From: a virus
Strand: one strand, 5' to 3'
Length of the DNA stretch: 64,000 nt
IMG/VR virus record: IMGVR_UViG_3300002138_000073
Span: 5,295 to 69,294 of that record
The position numbers were made by a program, and so were the translations under genes. Below are positions 46,529 through 56,845 of the stretch, piece after piece. Position 1 is the first letter of the stretch; each line of letters opens with the position of its first letter. The notes below the pieces were generated by a model. The model worked only from the letters and a program-made list of their open reading frames with translations, had not been told where the DNA came from and ran no database searches.

Positions 46529-48007
46529 CTACCCTTCATAAATCCACTCGACAGAGTACGAAAACGCTCCGGTCTTGGGATTCCAATTCTCTATTGGAGC
46601 ACTGTAATAAACCTTAGTACCAGCCGGTTTGTACATTTCATAGATAGCGGCCAACTCACCTGTCGGTGGTTTCACCGCTGCACAATTAACGAATGGCATA
46701 TTAACCGACAATTGCATACTTCGCTTATACTCAGACCTAGAGTTTATATACTGAATTATAGGCTGGCTTCGGCCAATAACTGGAACTACATTTATAATTT
46801 GGCCCGGATATGTATCTGATATCTGTATGTCTTCTGTGAGTGCGTCTGTGATAAAATTGGCTGGCCTATTATCATAGGTATAATTGTATGTGATTACACC
46901 TTCAGATATATTATTTCCTACAGACGAAGAAGTTGGCAGAGTATTCAGGTCACAAGTACCACCAAGAAACTCATTAGCTCGATCGTAGATCTTGGTCTTG
47001 ACAACATCCCAATATGCTAAAGCATTCGCATAGCTATCTACCAATGCACTATCTACTTCTACTGTTTTTAGTCCCTTGATATTTCCATTAATAGCGATTC
47101 GGCTGAGTGCCCCTAGATCTTGATCAATATTGATAGTTACACTCTCGATAGCCGCCTGAGGACTCAAAGTGAATGTCTCAGCGGCCTGATATGAGCCAGT
47201 GAATTTATTGGTAGTCTCTACTAGCTTTCTATCACAGAGATCCAAGCCTACCACGATTGAGAGAAGAGATGCGGGAATATTAGCCAGACCGAGCCCTATA
47301 ACATTTTGAACATAGCCCATGGCTTGTTCTAGGGGCGATACGGGGACGGCCCCATTCGTGTATACCCTTTTACCGACTGCCGACGCCGTATGAGATATAG
47401 AGTAAAGCCTCTTCTGGTCATACGCACTATCCGTTGTTGCGGTATAGGTATCTAACTCTTCTATTGTCCACTCTTCAGACGCATCAGAGATGTAATACTC
47501 GAATGCATCTTCTGAGGAGTTATCTGAGAAGATATCATTAGTAGAAGAAATAAACTTACTAGCCTTGAGTGTTATTGTATAACCGCATCTAGTAGTCCAT
47601 CTAGACTCATCATCAAATGAGATACCGTCTACTTCACAGTATGCCTTTATTCCCTCATCCGCGTCATACCCAATGATCTCCAGTAAAAGAGGAAGGCCTG
47701 TGGATTGGCCGATTGAGACAACATTCCTAAGATGTTCCTGCTTTCGCATAATAGTGCCGAGCAGGCCAGTGTCGGCTATTGCAGAGACGGGATCATCATC
47801 GGAAGAGTAGGTTGAATACTCTGCATCCGTGGACATTGTCACTGATGATGGAGACGATACTGGATTCCCCTTATAGGCAACGAACTTCCCATTGAGAGTA
47901 ATCGAGTACTCTGCCGCGAAGGCCCCCAGAGTATTCCTAGAATAGGTCTTCTCGAAGGTGACAATCGGGGCAGGAGTTATTGGAAATGAGTTTATCTTTA
48001 CTGGCAT
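46529..48007 (-). CDS. Distal tail-like protein
   Basis: Immediately after the tape measure; repeated beta modules. Confidence 0.5.
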   Translation of the reverse strand: MPVKINSFPITPAPIVTFEKTYSRNTLGAFAAEYSITLNGKFVAYKGNPVSSPSSVTMSTDAEYSTYSSDDDPVSAIADTGLLGTIMRKQEHLRNVVSIGQSTGLPLLLEIIGYDADEGIKAYCEVDGISFDDESRWTTRCGYTITLKASKFISSTNDIFSDNSSEDAFEYYISDASEEWTIEELDTYTATTDSAYDQKRLYSISHTASAVGKRVYTNGAVPVSPLEQAMGYVQNVIGLGLANIPASLLSIVVGLDLCDRKLVETTNKFTGSYQAAETFTLSPQAAIESVTINIDQDLGALSRIAINGNIKGLKTVEVDSALVDSYANALAYWDVVKTKIYDRANEFLGGTCDLNTLPTSSSVGNNISEGVITYNYTYDNRPANFITDALTEDIQISDTYPGQIINVVPVIGRSQPIIQYINSRSEYKRSMQLSVNMPFVNCAAVKPPTGELAAIYEMYKPAGTKVYYSAPIENWNPKTGAFSYSVEWIYEG

Positions 48008-48008
48008 T

Positions 48009-51000
48009 TTATGTTCCTGTTGACAGGCTTTGTTTTACCTGATTCGTGATTGAGCCAAGCTGGGACTGAATCTGTTCTAGGATCGTAGTCTTTAATATGT
48101 CTGGCAGCTTGGCTAAAAACTCGGCACTATTAAGGTTTACATTGACTCCTTGTGATTCTAGCTTGATATCAAAAGTCTTTGGCATTTCTACGAGCTTCAT
48201 AACTGAAGCATCAAACTGAGTTCCAAAAGTCTTCAGGGAATCGAATAGTTTTGAAAAGTCTAATCCTCCTTGAGCTTGCGATACTTGGCCACTATTTGGC
48301 CTAACACTTCCTCCCATGGCTACAGGACTACTCTGACTATTATTCTCTTGGATATTCGGAATCTGTGGGATACTAGCATTTCTTCTTTTTTGTTGAGTAC
48401 GCTCACGAAAAGCTTTTTGCCTTTCAGAATAAGTAGGGCCACCTTCTCTAATAGGTTCAGGTTTAGTAGAAACACTAGGGCCTTTAGACTCCTTAATCTC
48501 TCTCTTCGCGTCTAGATCTGCTTTATACGCAAAATACTCTGGAGAATTTTTCTCTTTAAGCATTTTTTGTTTAGCAGAAGCTGCTGCTCGATCTTTCTCT
48601 CGCTCTATTGCGGCAGCCTTTTGTTGTCCATACGTAATAAGACCTACCTCATTTGTGCCTTTCTTCGCTAGCTCTTTTGCTGCTCTACCAGAGGCTTCAC
48701 CCTTTTTTCTAATCTCATCTCTTCTCAAATCCTTGGCGGTAGGCACATAATTAGCTTTTCTAGCCGCATCCTTAGCTTTAATTTTGGCTGATTTAGCTAG
48801 GTCTTGCTGTCTAGCTTCCGCCATCGCCATATTCCCAGCAATACCTGTTGTGGACTGGTTTCTTTGCTGCTCAAACTCCTGCTCATAGGATGACTTGCCA
48901 GAATCATAGTATTTCTCTAATGCTCCACCAGATTTAAATCTATTACCTAGGCCAGTCGTATCTTTTACGAGCCTTTCTCTATTCTTTTGGCCCTTCTTAG
49001 CCGCTTCGAGCTTCATATCTGGGGTTAATCGCTCGTCAAAAGCGGTTAAAAATGTGCTATACCTATTAGCCTGCCATGCTAATTCCTTATTCATATTGCT
49101 CGACCCACCACTAACAGCAAGATTTTGGCGAGCGAATTGTCCAGCTTCTATAGAGCCACCAGCAACTCCACGGCTATTAAAAAGGGCTTCTTGTTCAGCT
49201 TCTTTTTTAGCGGCAGAATCTCTCATAAGATCTTCGCCCCTCTTGCGAATATCTATTATTCTTTCATTAGTCTCAGAACTTACAGAAGCATTGAAGCTAG
49301 GACCATTTTTTGCTTCTTCAGTTTGAGCCTTAATTTTAGCCCTAAGTTCATTTTGTTTTTTTTGCTCTGCTTGTTTATTAGCAATTGTTTGTCCACGAAG
49401 ACTATCCAATAATGCCGCTTGGGCCGGAGATGGCTCCTTCTCCTTCTTGGTGCCGTCACTCAGATAAGCTGTTCTACCACTATTTATGGCAGTTAAAACT
49501 CCCATATTCTTATTTGAGTCTTTAGCATTGACTACAAACTCACCGGGAGTAAGCATAGCTGGAACAGTATCTGTTCCTTTCGGGGCGAATTGTGGCCCCA
49601 CATTGATCGGACCACCTTTGGCAACGAGAAGTGGAACCTTTCCCGGTTGTGCTATCGCAGCCTGAGGTCTGCTAAATTGAAAAAGCTGTCGGCTTAAAAT
49701 TTCTATGACTTTATCTAGCTTCTCATTTCTCTGTTGATCTATGCCAACATTATCTTTCATAAGCGCAAGAGCCTGCTCTTCGCTCGGGATCATCTTGGCC
49801 ATGATCTCTTCAACTTTTTGTTGTGAAACTCCGCCTCTTCGGAGGAAATTCCTAGTGGTTGCATCGATAACTTCTTGGCCGGTTTTACCACCAAATGCAG
49901 GTATATCTTTCATTTGCTTGAGGAACGAGAATACGTTGCCTTTATCCTTATCCCGAAGAACATCAGCAGTCCCGAATGCGGCGACTCCACGAGCCTGATT
50001 TAGTGTTCTAAAGAAGTCCTTCCTGTCTTGATTACTGCCAAAGGCCAAATTAGAAGCAGCTTCCCTAACTACCGCCCTCTTCTCCTGATTCTTGGCAATC
50101 TTGGCCTCAATAGCTGCATTCTCTTTACTGACATCTGCAAGAGAAGACATTGCTTGTCCAAGCAATTCTGTCTGTTCAATCAGTCCAACCATTTCTTGGT
50201 CTAGGCTTAAAACTTCATTTGTATTGCCTGATGCAGTTGCAGTTTTTCTTTCATCTACTATCCTCTGCTTGCGAAGCTCTGCTTTAACCAACGCGGCAGA
50301 TATCTTGTCTATATCTGTTTTATCTCCTGCAAGATCCGCCCCTCGCAACTCGGTCCCCTGAAGGATAGTACCGGTCCTCTTTAGTCGCTCGGCTCTGGCC
50401 GCTCTAGGATCAGCCTCTTCACCTCTGACCCTCGCTACTGTGTCAGCGATTTCTCTCTCGGCGTCAAGACCCGCAAGCCTATACTCCAACTGCTTCTTCT
50501 GAAGCTCTGACTGCTTCTTCACAAGCGAAAGTTGATTTTGTAACTGTGTATTGATGGCCTTTCTCTTGTCTTCTGAATTATCTGCAAATGGCTTTAAGAT
50601 ACCAATTACTTCTTGTTTAACAGCAATAGGGTCAAATGGATCGTCTGGAGTAGCTGCGTTCCTAGCCTTTTCTATAGCATTAAAGATATCTCTTGATGTT
50701 TCAGGAGATACACCAGCGGCCTGAAAAGATTGGCGAATCTCTGCACTGCCTTGGTTTATTAAACTATTCTCTAAATTATTCAGAAGGGGAATCGCCCTTC
50801 CCAATGTCGCAGCCTGCTCAGCGGATTGACCACCCATTGAATAAACTGCATTCAGTCCTGCGGCATATTCTGGATTTGCCGTATTACGACTGCTCAGATC
50901 AGTAAGATCAACCCCGATATCTTGTGAAGAATAATCTTCCCCAAGGGCGATTCCAAATTTCATCAGTCCCTCGGTCTGGGACCTGATTACCGAATCCATA

Positions 51001-54000
51001 TTGGCTAAAGTCGTATTGACCTGCTTCTGTATGGCCACCTGTCTTAACTGTAAGTTGATAGACGCTAATTTGGCTTGCCTTTCTCTGGTGACAGCCGTAG
51101 ATACAGCATCAGTATTAGCCCTAAGACCTTGCAAAACCTGCTCATTATCTGCTAGGCTAGCACTCGATCTCTCAAGTGCATTGACTAAACCAAAATTTTC
51201 TCTTTTGAGTTGATCAAACCCCTTACCAGCATTTTGAGGCAAAGTTCTAAGTTGTTCAAATGCTGAAGCGAGCTGGTCGTAAAATTGTTTAGACTGTTCC
51301 TGAGTCGCTGGATTACCTAGTTGCTGAGCCGCTGAGCTATTTTTAAACTTATCAAAGCCTTTTACAAGTTCGTCATTAGCAGCATTTGGATTGAACTGTC
51401 TTAAGTTATTGCTTTTAGTGATAGAATCGCTAGTGGTCTTCTCGACATCTTTAATATTGGCACTCTTCTGAGCAGCACTAGCTTTTCGTTCGACCTCCAT
51501 CTGCCTTGCAGCAGGATCTGTGAGGCCGAGCCCGTCTGTTATATGGTCAACCGCACCGAAAAAACCAAGTAAAGCCCCTATGCCAGTTCCAAGTGCAGCC
51601 CCTAGAGCCCCAAACAGTGAAACCAAAGGAAGTAGTGGAGGGAACAATATACCAACTATCCCTCCAACTGCTAGGCCTAGAAAGCCACCAATAGCTACAC
51701 CCCCAGAGGCCCCTTTATCAATCTCCGATCCTTGAGCTTCTTTTTCTGAAGCAGCAATAGTATTATTATATGCTCCCTGAGCATCTCCGGCTTCAATAGC
51801 TGAATTGGCAAGCTTATCCAACGCCTGAGCAGCACTTCTAGCTGAAGAAGCAAAATATGCGGCAGCAATGGTGATGGCCATTTGTGCTTTTTCTATACCG
51901 GCCTGTACCTTTGCTCTCCGGGCATCGCCCGCATCTCCCTTTTCTGCCAATCCCCTGAATCCTGCTCCTATTCTCTCCCTAATTCCGCCAGTGTTGATCT
52001 TTGCTTCAGCCTCCGCTGTTGCTTTTGCTTCTGCTGCTTCTCTTTCTTCAAGAGTATCTATCAACTTCTGTTGTACTACATTCCCTCTACTTACCAACTC
52101 AGTATATTTAACTACCGCATCAGATTGATCTTTTATATTACTAATTACACCAGTCTTGGCATCTATAAAAGTTCTCTCAATTGCTGTTGCTCTTTTCACC
52201 TCTTCGGAACCAACACCATACTGAATAGTTAGTCTTCTTATGGCGCCCTGTAATTTGTCTTGAGCATCCATAGTCCCCTTCTGATCAAGAACTGGAGCTT
52301 TTGTGGTTGTTGGTCTTGAGATAGATAATATAGCGGCTTTCTCAGCAGCATTTATATCATCAGCATTGTTGGCGACAGGAGCTGCAATTAAAGGAGCCCT
52401 AGCGGCTGCAAGTTCTGCTGTGGTTTTAGCCTGAGCAGCAACAGCGTCTTGATACCCCTTAATCTCAGCATCCCTAACATCAGAAAGTCTCTTAGACTCT
52501 GCCTTGTATGCAGTAAAAAAGTCAGATACACCTTTACCAGCATTTAATATACCCGAAAGTCCAGATGAAGTAATAGATGCAGCAACCGACATTTTAGCAA
52601 AGCTTGCCGTAGCACTTGAGAGAGCAGGAATAAGCTGGTTAACAACAATAGCTAAGTCACCAAGACCCTCAAGGCCCGGCAGTATCGCTCCACCAACTGC
52701 CCCACCGCTAGCGAATCTCTGCACTCCAACCACGCCGCCCGAGGCGTACTTATTGACCTTATGGAGGTTTCCATACCCAAATGCTTGAGCGGATTTCTTG
52801 TTGACAACAAACTCGCCGGGGGTTAGGAGAGATGGAACAGTGTCGGTGCCTGCGACACCGCCCCCCAAAGCTTTTTTCTGTGGTGGTTTAGATCCCACAT
52901 TTCTTACTTTTGCAGCTTTCTGCTGCTGCTTTGATAACTTACTGTTATTGTAGATAATACCGACTTTACCGGGAACGGTTAAAGATTCTCCAGCCTTAGA
53001 AGTATTCTCAACTAGATTACCCTTAGTACGCAATCTCCATCTAAAAAGTTTATCTAATAGTTCATTGTCATCGGTAGTTTTGTTCCGACTTCTGACTTCT
53101 ACAGGATATGGACCACCAATCAAGTCTAACGGATCGGTGGCTCCGGGAGCGAGTGCCACACCACTAAAGCCCTTAAATTTTTGCTTCAAAAAAGATGCTG
53201 CATATTCTTCGAAGGCTTTTGGGGCTAGGTCTCCACCATCAATTCCCATCGGAACTTTAGTGAAATGCATTGAATCTGTAGCATTGATCTTCTGTCCAGT
53301 TGTAAATTCTTCATTTTGGCTTTTCTGTGAAACTACTCTTTTTCGAATAGCTGCTGATCCTAGGTCTTGTCCCTTAACAGGCCCGCCTTTGGCATACCTA
53401 TTGATCCCATGCAGAGCCTCAGCCCCCATAGCCTGAGCCGCACTCTTGCGAATGACGAACTCGCCCGGCGTCAGCATAGCTGGAACCGTATCCCCGTTGC
53501 CGCTTCCGGGTACGAACCCACCCGTGGCAAACCCCCTGCCCAGAAAGGCTTTGGGTCCGCCAAGTGCCAATTTACCTACAGACTTGGCCAGATTGAACGC
53601 TAGCAGTGCCGATATGAGCGGTAGCACATCCTTGATGGCTGCTGCGAAGTGGATCATGGCATTTGTCATAGACAAAACACCACGAACCAGTGTGTCGAAT
53701 CCTTTAGAGCTGGCAATGTCCCCAATCAGCTTAGCAAAGTTCTGTTGTGTCTGTGCGATCTTGAAAGACAACGTGTCCTGAGCCTTGGCCAAGTCCATAG
53801 CCGTTTCGCTAGAGGCAGACTGAGCATCGGCATAAACCTGCTGGAGCTTCGCTCCCTGAGTCAACAGCGGGATCACTCTCGACTGCTGTAGAACCCCGCC
53901 GATCTCTTCTACGACTTCGGCAAACTTGATAGAGCCCGGTCTTACTCCAAAAGCATCAAGCCCTCGCTGAATTCTCTGAATCGCTTCAAAGTTCCCAACG

Positions 54001-54800
54001 AATTGGCCTTCAAGATTCACAAGCTCAATTCCGAACTGCTGAAGGTACTCAATAGTCTTGGGTCGTTGTAGTCTGGTGAAAATAGTTCTCAAACCTACCG
54101 AAATAGTCTCAGCACTTTCTCGGGTTGTATCTCGAACCGTAGTAAATACGGCCAACAACTCTTCAAGCTTGCCGCCAGTGGCAGAGAATGTACCCCCAGC
54201 TTTTCTGACAACCTCGACCAAGTCGGCAGATTCAACAGCGTACTTCTTAGATACAATATTGAACAGACTAAGAACCTGTGCAGATTTCCCAATTGTATCA
54301 ATGAACTGCTTATTTACGGCAATCAGACCATCGGTCGTATCAGTGATACTTTCGAAAGATGACAAAAGAGTAGTCTGAGCCAAACTATCAGCCGCTTCCT
54401 TGGCTTGGCGAAGCGTGTAACCGGCTTGACCTAGAACCCTGACCGTCTCGGCTATCTTGGGAGCAGAAAGGCCATAGAGAACAGATAGTTTCCTGATCTC
54501 TTCTCCATGCTTTCTTGCTTCTGCGGTAGATATCCCAACGGTCTGGGCGATCTTCGCCATTTCCGATTCAAATCTCAATGCATCCCTAGTCGCCATGGAG
54601 ATAGACTCAGTGAGCTTTACAACAGCGGTAGAAGCCACCGCGAAGACGCTCAAATTCGCCCCCTTGAGGGCGACAGCGTCTCCAAAGCTACGAGCCTTTC
54701 TCGTGCCACGATCCATTTCAGAATTGATGTCAGATACAGCAGCTTTTACAGAAGATGTATTGGCACCAACAATATTAAGGACAGCATTTATGTTGAACAA
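48009..54800 (-). CDS. Tape measure protein (TP901-type N-terminal core) with accessory domains
   Basis: FESEMAKIAQ...LGQAG...KYAVESADL...TRESAETISVGLRTIFTRL; Ala-rich helical body; three DTVPxxLTPGEFV motifs. Confidence 0.92.
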   Translation of the reverse strand: MFNINAVLNIVGANTSSVKAAVSDINSEMDRGTRKARSFGDAVALKGANLSVFAVASTAVVKLTESISMATRDALRFESEMAKIAQTVGISTAEARKHGEEIRKLSVLYGLSAPKIAETVRVLGQAGYTLRQAKEAADSLAQTTLLSSFESITDTTDGLIAVNKQFIDTIGKSAQVLSLFNIVSKKYAVESADLVEVVRKAGGTFSATGGKLEELLAVFTTVRDTTRESAETISVGLRTIFTRLQRPKTIEYLQQFGIELVNLEGQFVGNFEAIQRIQRGLDAFGVRPGSIKFAEVVEEIGGVLQQSRVIPLLTQGAKLQQVYADAQSASSETAMDLAKAQDTLSFKIAQTQQNFAKLIGDIASSKGFDTLVRGVLSMTNAMIHFAAAIKDVLPLISALLAFNLAKSVGKLALGGPKAFLGRGFATGGFVPGSGNGDTVPAMLTPGEFVIRKSAAQAMGAEALHGINRYAKGGPVKGQDLGSAAIRKRVVSQKSQNEEFTTGQKINATDSMHFTKVPMGIDGGDLAPKAFEEYAASFLKQKFKGFSGVALAPGATDPLDLIGGPYPVEVRSRNKTTDDNELLDKLFRWRLRTKGNLVENTSKAGESLTVPGKVGIIYNNSKLSKQQQKAAKVRNVGSKPPQKKALGGGVAGTDTVPSLLTPGEFVVNKKSAQAFGYGNLHKVNKYASGGVVGVQRFASGGAVGGAILPGLEGLGDLAIVVNQLIPALSSATASFAKMSVAASITSSGLSGILNAGKGVSDFFTAYKAESKRLSDVRDAEIKGYQDAVAAQAKTTAELAAARAPLIAAPVANNADDINAAEKAAILSISRPTTTKAPVLDQKGTMDAQDKLQGAIRRLTIQYGVGSEEVKRATAIERTFIDAKTGVISNIKDQSDAVVKYTELVSRGNVVQQKLIDTLEEREAAEAKATAEAEAKINTGGIRERIGAGFRGLAEKGDAGDARRAKVQAGIEKAQMAITIAAAYFASSARSAAQALDKLANSAIEAGDAQGAYNNTIAASEKEAQGSEIDKGASGGVAIGGFLGLAVGGIVGILFPPLLPLVSLFGALGAALGTGIGALLGFFGAVDHITDGLGLTDPAARQMEVERKASAAQKSANIKDVEKTTSDSITKSNNLRQFNPNAANDELVKGFDKFKNSSAAQQLGNPATQEQSKQFYDQLASAFEQLRTLPQNAGKGFDQLKRENFGLVNALERSSASLADNEQVLQGLRANTDAVSTAVTRERQAKLASINLQLRQVAIQKQVNTTLANMDSVIRSQTEGLMKFGIALGEDYSSQDIGVDLTDLSSRNTANPEYAAGLNAVYSMGGQSAEQAATLGRAIPLLNNLENSLINQGSAEIRQSFQAAGVSPETSRDIFNAIEKARNAATPDDPFDPIAVKQEVIGILKPFADNSEDKRKAINTQLQNQLSLVKKQSELQKKQLEYRLAGLDAEREIADTVARVRGEEADPRAARAERLKRTGTILQGTELRGADLAGDKTDIDKISAALVKAELRKQRIVDERKTATASGNTNEVLSLDQEMVGLIEQTELLGQAMSSLADVSKENAAIEAKIAKNQEKRAVVREAASNLAFGSNQDRKDFFRTLNQARGVAAFGTADVLRDKDKGNVFSFLKQMKDIPAFGGKTGQEVIDATTRNFLRRGGVSQQKVEEIMAKMIPSEEQALALMKDNVGIDQQRNEKLDKVIEILSRQLFQFSRPQAAIAQPGKVPLLVAKGGPINVGPQFAPKGTDTVPAMLTPGEFVVNAKDSNKNMGVLTAINSGRTAYLSDGTKKEKEPSPAQAALLDSLRGQTIANKQAEQKKQNELRAKIKAQTEEAKNGPSFNASVSSETNERIIDIRKRGEDLMRDSAAKKEAEQEALFNSRGVAGGSIEAGQFARQNLAVSGGSSNMNKELAWQANRYSTFLTAFDERLTPDMKLEAAKKGQKNRERLVKDTTGLGNRFKSGGALEKYYDSGKSSYEQEFEQQRNQSTTGIAGNMAMAEARQQDLAKSAKIKAKDAARKANYVPTAKDLRRDEIRKKGEASGRAAKELAKKGTNEVGLITYGQQKAAAIEREKDRAAASAKQKMLKEKNSPEYFAYKADLDAKREIKESKGPSVSTKPEPIREGGPTYSERQKAFRERTQQKRRNASIPQIPNIQENNSQSSPVAMGGSVRPNSGQVSQAQGGLDFSKLFDSLKTFGTQFDASVMKLVEMPKTFDIKLESQGVNVNLNSAEFLAKLPDILKTTILEQIQSQLGSITNQVKQSLSTGT

Positions 54801-54805
54801 TTTGG

Positions 54806-55549
54806 TTAGCCTTCTTCAAATTCTGCCGTATCGATATCAGACCCAAGTCTGTGCCCATTAATATCAACGCGAACACCTTCTGCATCTAGCCGATAGCCAT
54901 CTTTGTCAACTCGATTTCCATCGACATCGACATAGTTGCCATCCTTGTCCAAGAATCGGCCATCTTCATCAATGAGCTTGAATCTTCGCAGGAACTTATT
55001 TTCTACGAGATTGTCATCATACTTTTCGTCAACCCCGTAAAGGAAATTGGCAAATTTAGCAGCCAGCTCAACAGACAGATCTTCTGAGCCACGCTTGTGA
55101 TAATCCTCTAGGGAAGAATACACTGGCTTCTGCGTGTCATAGTTGAAGACGCAAGCGGCGACCAAAGCATTGAAGCGAGCATTATCTGCCTGCCCCTCTG
55201 CTGTGTTTGTGTCCATCATGTTTCGTTCTGAGATAAGTTCTCTGAACTCGTTTCTGCACTTAGACAGTTCAACGGCCAGAGCTTTTCCCTCAGAAATCTT
55301 CATCTTGCCAGAAGAAAGCCGATACTCAAGATCGCTGATCTTCTTGATGTATTCTTGATATTCTGATTCCTTCTTATCGTCCCAAGCCCCTTGCTCTCGC
55401 ATATACTTTGTGAGGCTCTTGCGTAGCAAAGCCCCATCTTCAAGGGCTTCTCTGAAGGCTTTATTGTGAGCCTTCTTGCCTTCGGACATAGCCTCTGGCG
55501 ATACCTTGATGAAGTAATCTTTTTCCCCAACTGTGAATCTATTTTCCAT
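54806..55549 (-). CDS. Putative tail assembly chaperone with C-terminal DxxG repeats
   Basis: Just upstream of the TMP; IDEDGRFLDKDGNYVDVDGNRVDKDG 7-aa repeats. Confidence 0.55.
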   Translation of the reverse strand: MENRFTVGEKDYFIKVSPEAMSEGKKAHNKAFREALEDGALLRKSLTKYMREQGAWDDKKESEYQEYIKKISDLEYRLSSGKMKISEGKALAVELSKCRNEFRELISERNMMDTNTAEGQADNARFNALVAACVFNYDTQKPVYSSLEDYHKRGSEDLSVELAAKFANFLYGVDEKYDDNLVENKFLRRFKLIDEDGRFLDKDGNYVDVDGNRVDKDGYRLDAEGVRVDINGHRLGSDIDTAEFEEG

Positions 55550-55787
55550 GATCTCTCCTAAGCGGCATAAAGTAAACTGTCTTGTATTTGATGTCAAACC
55601 CGTCCAAGTCCCTCTCCAGTTCTCTGATCTGGAAATGTCCTTTGTCCAAAATGTCTTTTCTCAGTTCTTCATATTCATCCTCCTCAAAAATTTCCTTGAA
55701 CTCTTCCAAACTTGCAAGAGCCCCAATCATAGTTGTCATGATGCGTTTACGCATCGTCTGATAAAGTTGTACTGCGCCATTTCCCAT
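55539..55787 (-). CDS. Hypothetical protein
   Basis: TTMIGALASLEE motif; coupled ORF. Confidence 0.6.
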   Translation of the reverse strand: MGNGAVQLYQTMRKRIMTTMIGALASLEEFKEIFEEDEYEELRKDILDKGHFQIRELERDLDGFDIKYKTVYFMPLRRDHGK

Positions 55788-55818
55788 TTTTAACCCCTCA
55801 ATCCTTATTGAGGCAAAT

Positions 55819-56751
55819 TTATTTGCCTCTGAAACTTAATTCGTTCTTTTTGATACCTATCTCCTGTTTTACGTGCGAGAACTGTCGCTCATCGAGGGTG
55901 CCTTTGTCCTTCAAATCCTTGGCTCTGGACTTAAGAATTTGCTTGCCCTCTGGGCTGTTCAGGTTATTGACCTCCTTGATCTCTTTTTTGCTGGTGATTG
56001 GCACGAAAATCTCACCAGCGTCACTGCTGGGCAGTGCATTCTTTCTGTCTTCAGTTTCCCGCTTCTTGGCTTGCTTGATGAGCCAGCCATCTATCGCGAT
56101 ATGATCCTTCATAGCACTGCTGCTCGGAGCATCCATAGACTCAGAGATACTGTCATAAAGCTTGCTCCAGTAAAGGAGAGACAGTTGATTATCATTCAGG
56201 TGAGATAGGGGAGTCCCAAATATTGCTTGTGGGTCTTTAGAAACGCCCCAAATCATTCGCCAAGTTTGGTCGAAGTAAAGATCCCTGACTTCGTCCTCGG
56301 ATAGGTTGGACAGAATCAATTTTCGGTAAAAAGAAAAGGGGCAGTCTCTGTCTTTGAACAGGTAGAATCCATATGCTTCATCTCTGGATGCTTCACAAGT
56401 GTACTCAGAGAGGTATGATTTCTTCTGGAATGCGTTATTGAGGATTGTAGTCTTGGCCCGAATTGCCCCTTTTATCCTGTTACGCCGGGTCTCTAAGGCG
56501 AAGGCCTCATAATAGTCCATCTTCATCTGCTGGATGTCTTCAAAGCCCTGAGTGAAATCGGCCTCTTCTTCTTCGGTCCATAGGTCCATCTCTAAGAGAT
56601 ATTCCCCAAGTTCCTTTTTATCGAAGGCTCCTGCTTCAAAACATCTGTCATAGACTGTTTTGGCGTATGCGGCTGCTTCGGCTTTCTCAATAGGTGAGAA
56701 GTTGGCTAGTCTTACCGGCTTTGCAAAATGTAATAGTGTCGTACTAGACAA
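55819..56751 (-). CDS. Putative tail assembly chaperone
   Basis: Between tail tube and TMP genes; helical. Confidence 0.5.
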   Translation of the reverse strand: MSSTTLLHFAKPVRLANFSPIEKAEAAAYAKTVYDRCFEAGAFDKKELGEYLLEMDLWTEEEEADFTQGFEDIQQMKMDYYEAFALETRRNRIKGAIRAKTTILNNAFQKKSYLSEYTCEASRDEAYGFYLFKDRDCPFSFYRKLILSNLSEDEVRDLYFDQTWRMIWGVSKDPQAIFGTPLSHLNDNQLSLLYWSKLYDSISESMDAPSSSAMKDHIAIDGWLIKQAKKRETEDRKNALPSSDAGEIFVPITSKKEIKEVNNLNSPEGKQILKSRAKDLKDKGTLDERQFSHVKQEIGIKKNELSFRGK

Positions 56752-56795
56752 CAGTTCCTGTATGATGGCTCTCGCCCCCCTAAAGTCCTATACGA

Positions 56796-56819
56796 GAATG
56801 GGGGCTTTCGCCCCCACTC
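56796..56819 (-). terminator. Hairpin after the major tail gene
   Basis: GGGGGC-GAAA-GCCCCC, same core as 803-818; weak U tail. Confidence 0.55.
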
Positions 56820-56845
56820 AATCCTAAAGTTTACGTAGCTAAGGC

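Noticed and set aside
55539-56751. Classical G/GT tail chaperone frameshift
   Set aside because: The ORFs have their own starts, and I found no convincing slippery site at their ends
56751-56792. TAG in frame just upstream of the chaperone gene, suggesting stop-codon recoding
   Set aside because: Conserved genes (nrdAB, dnaB, glf, TMP) are full length in the standard code, and TAG ends several coupled genes
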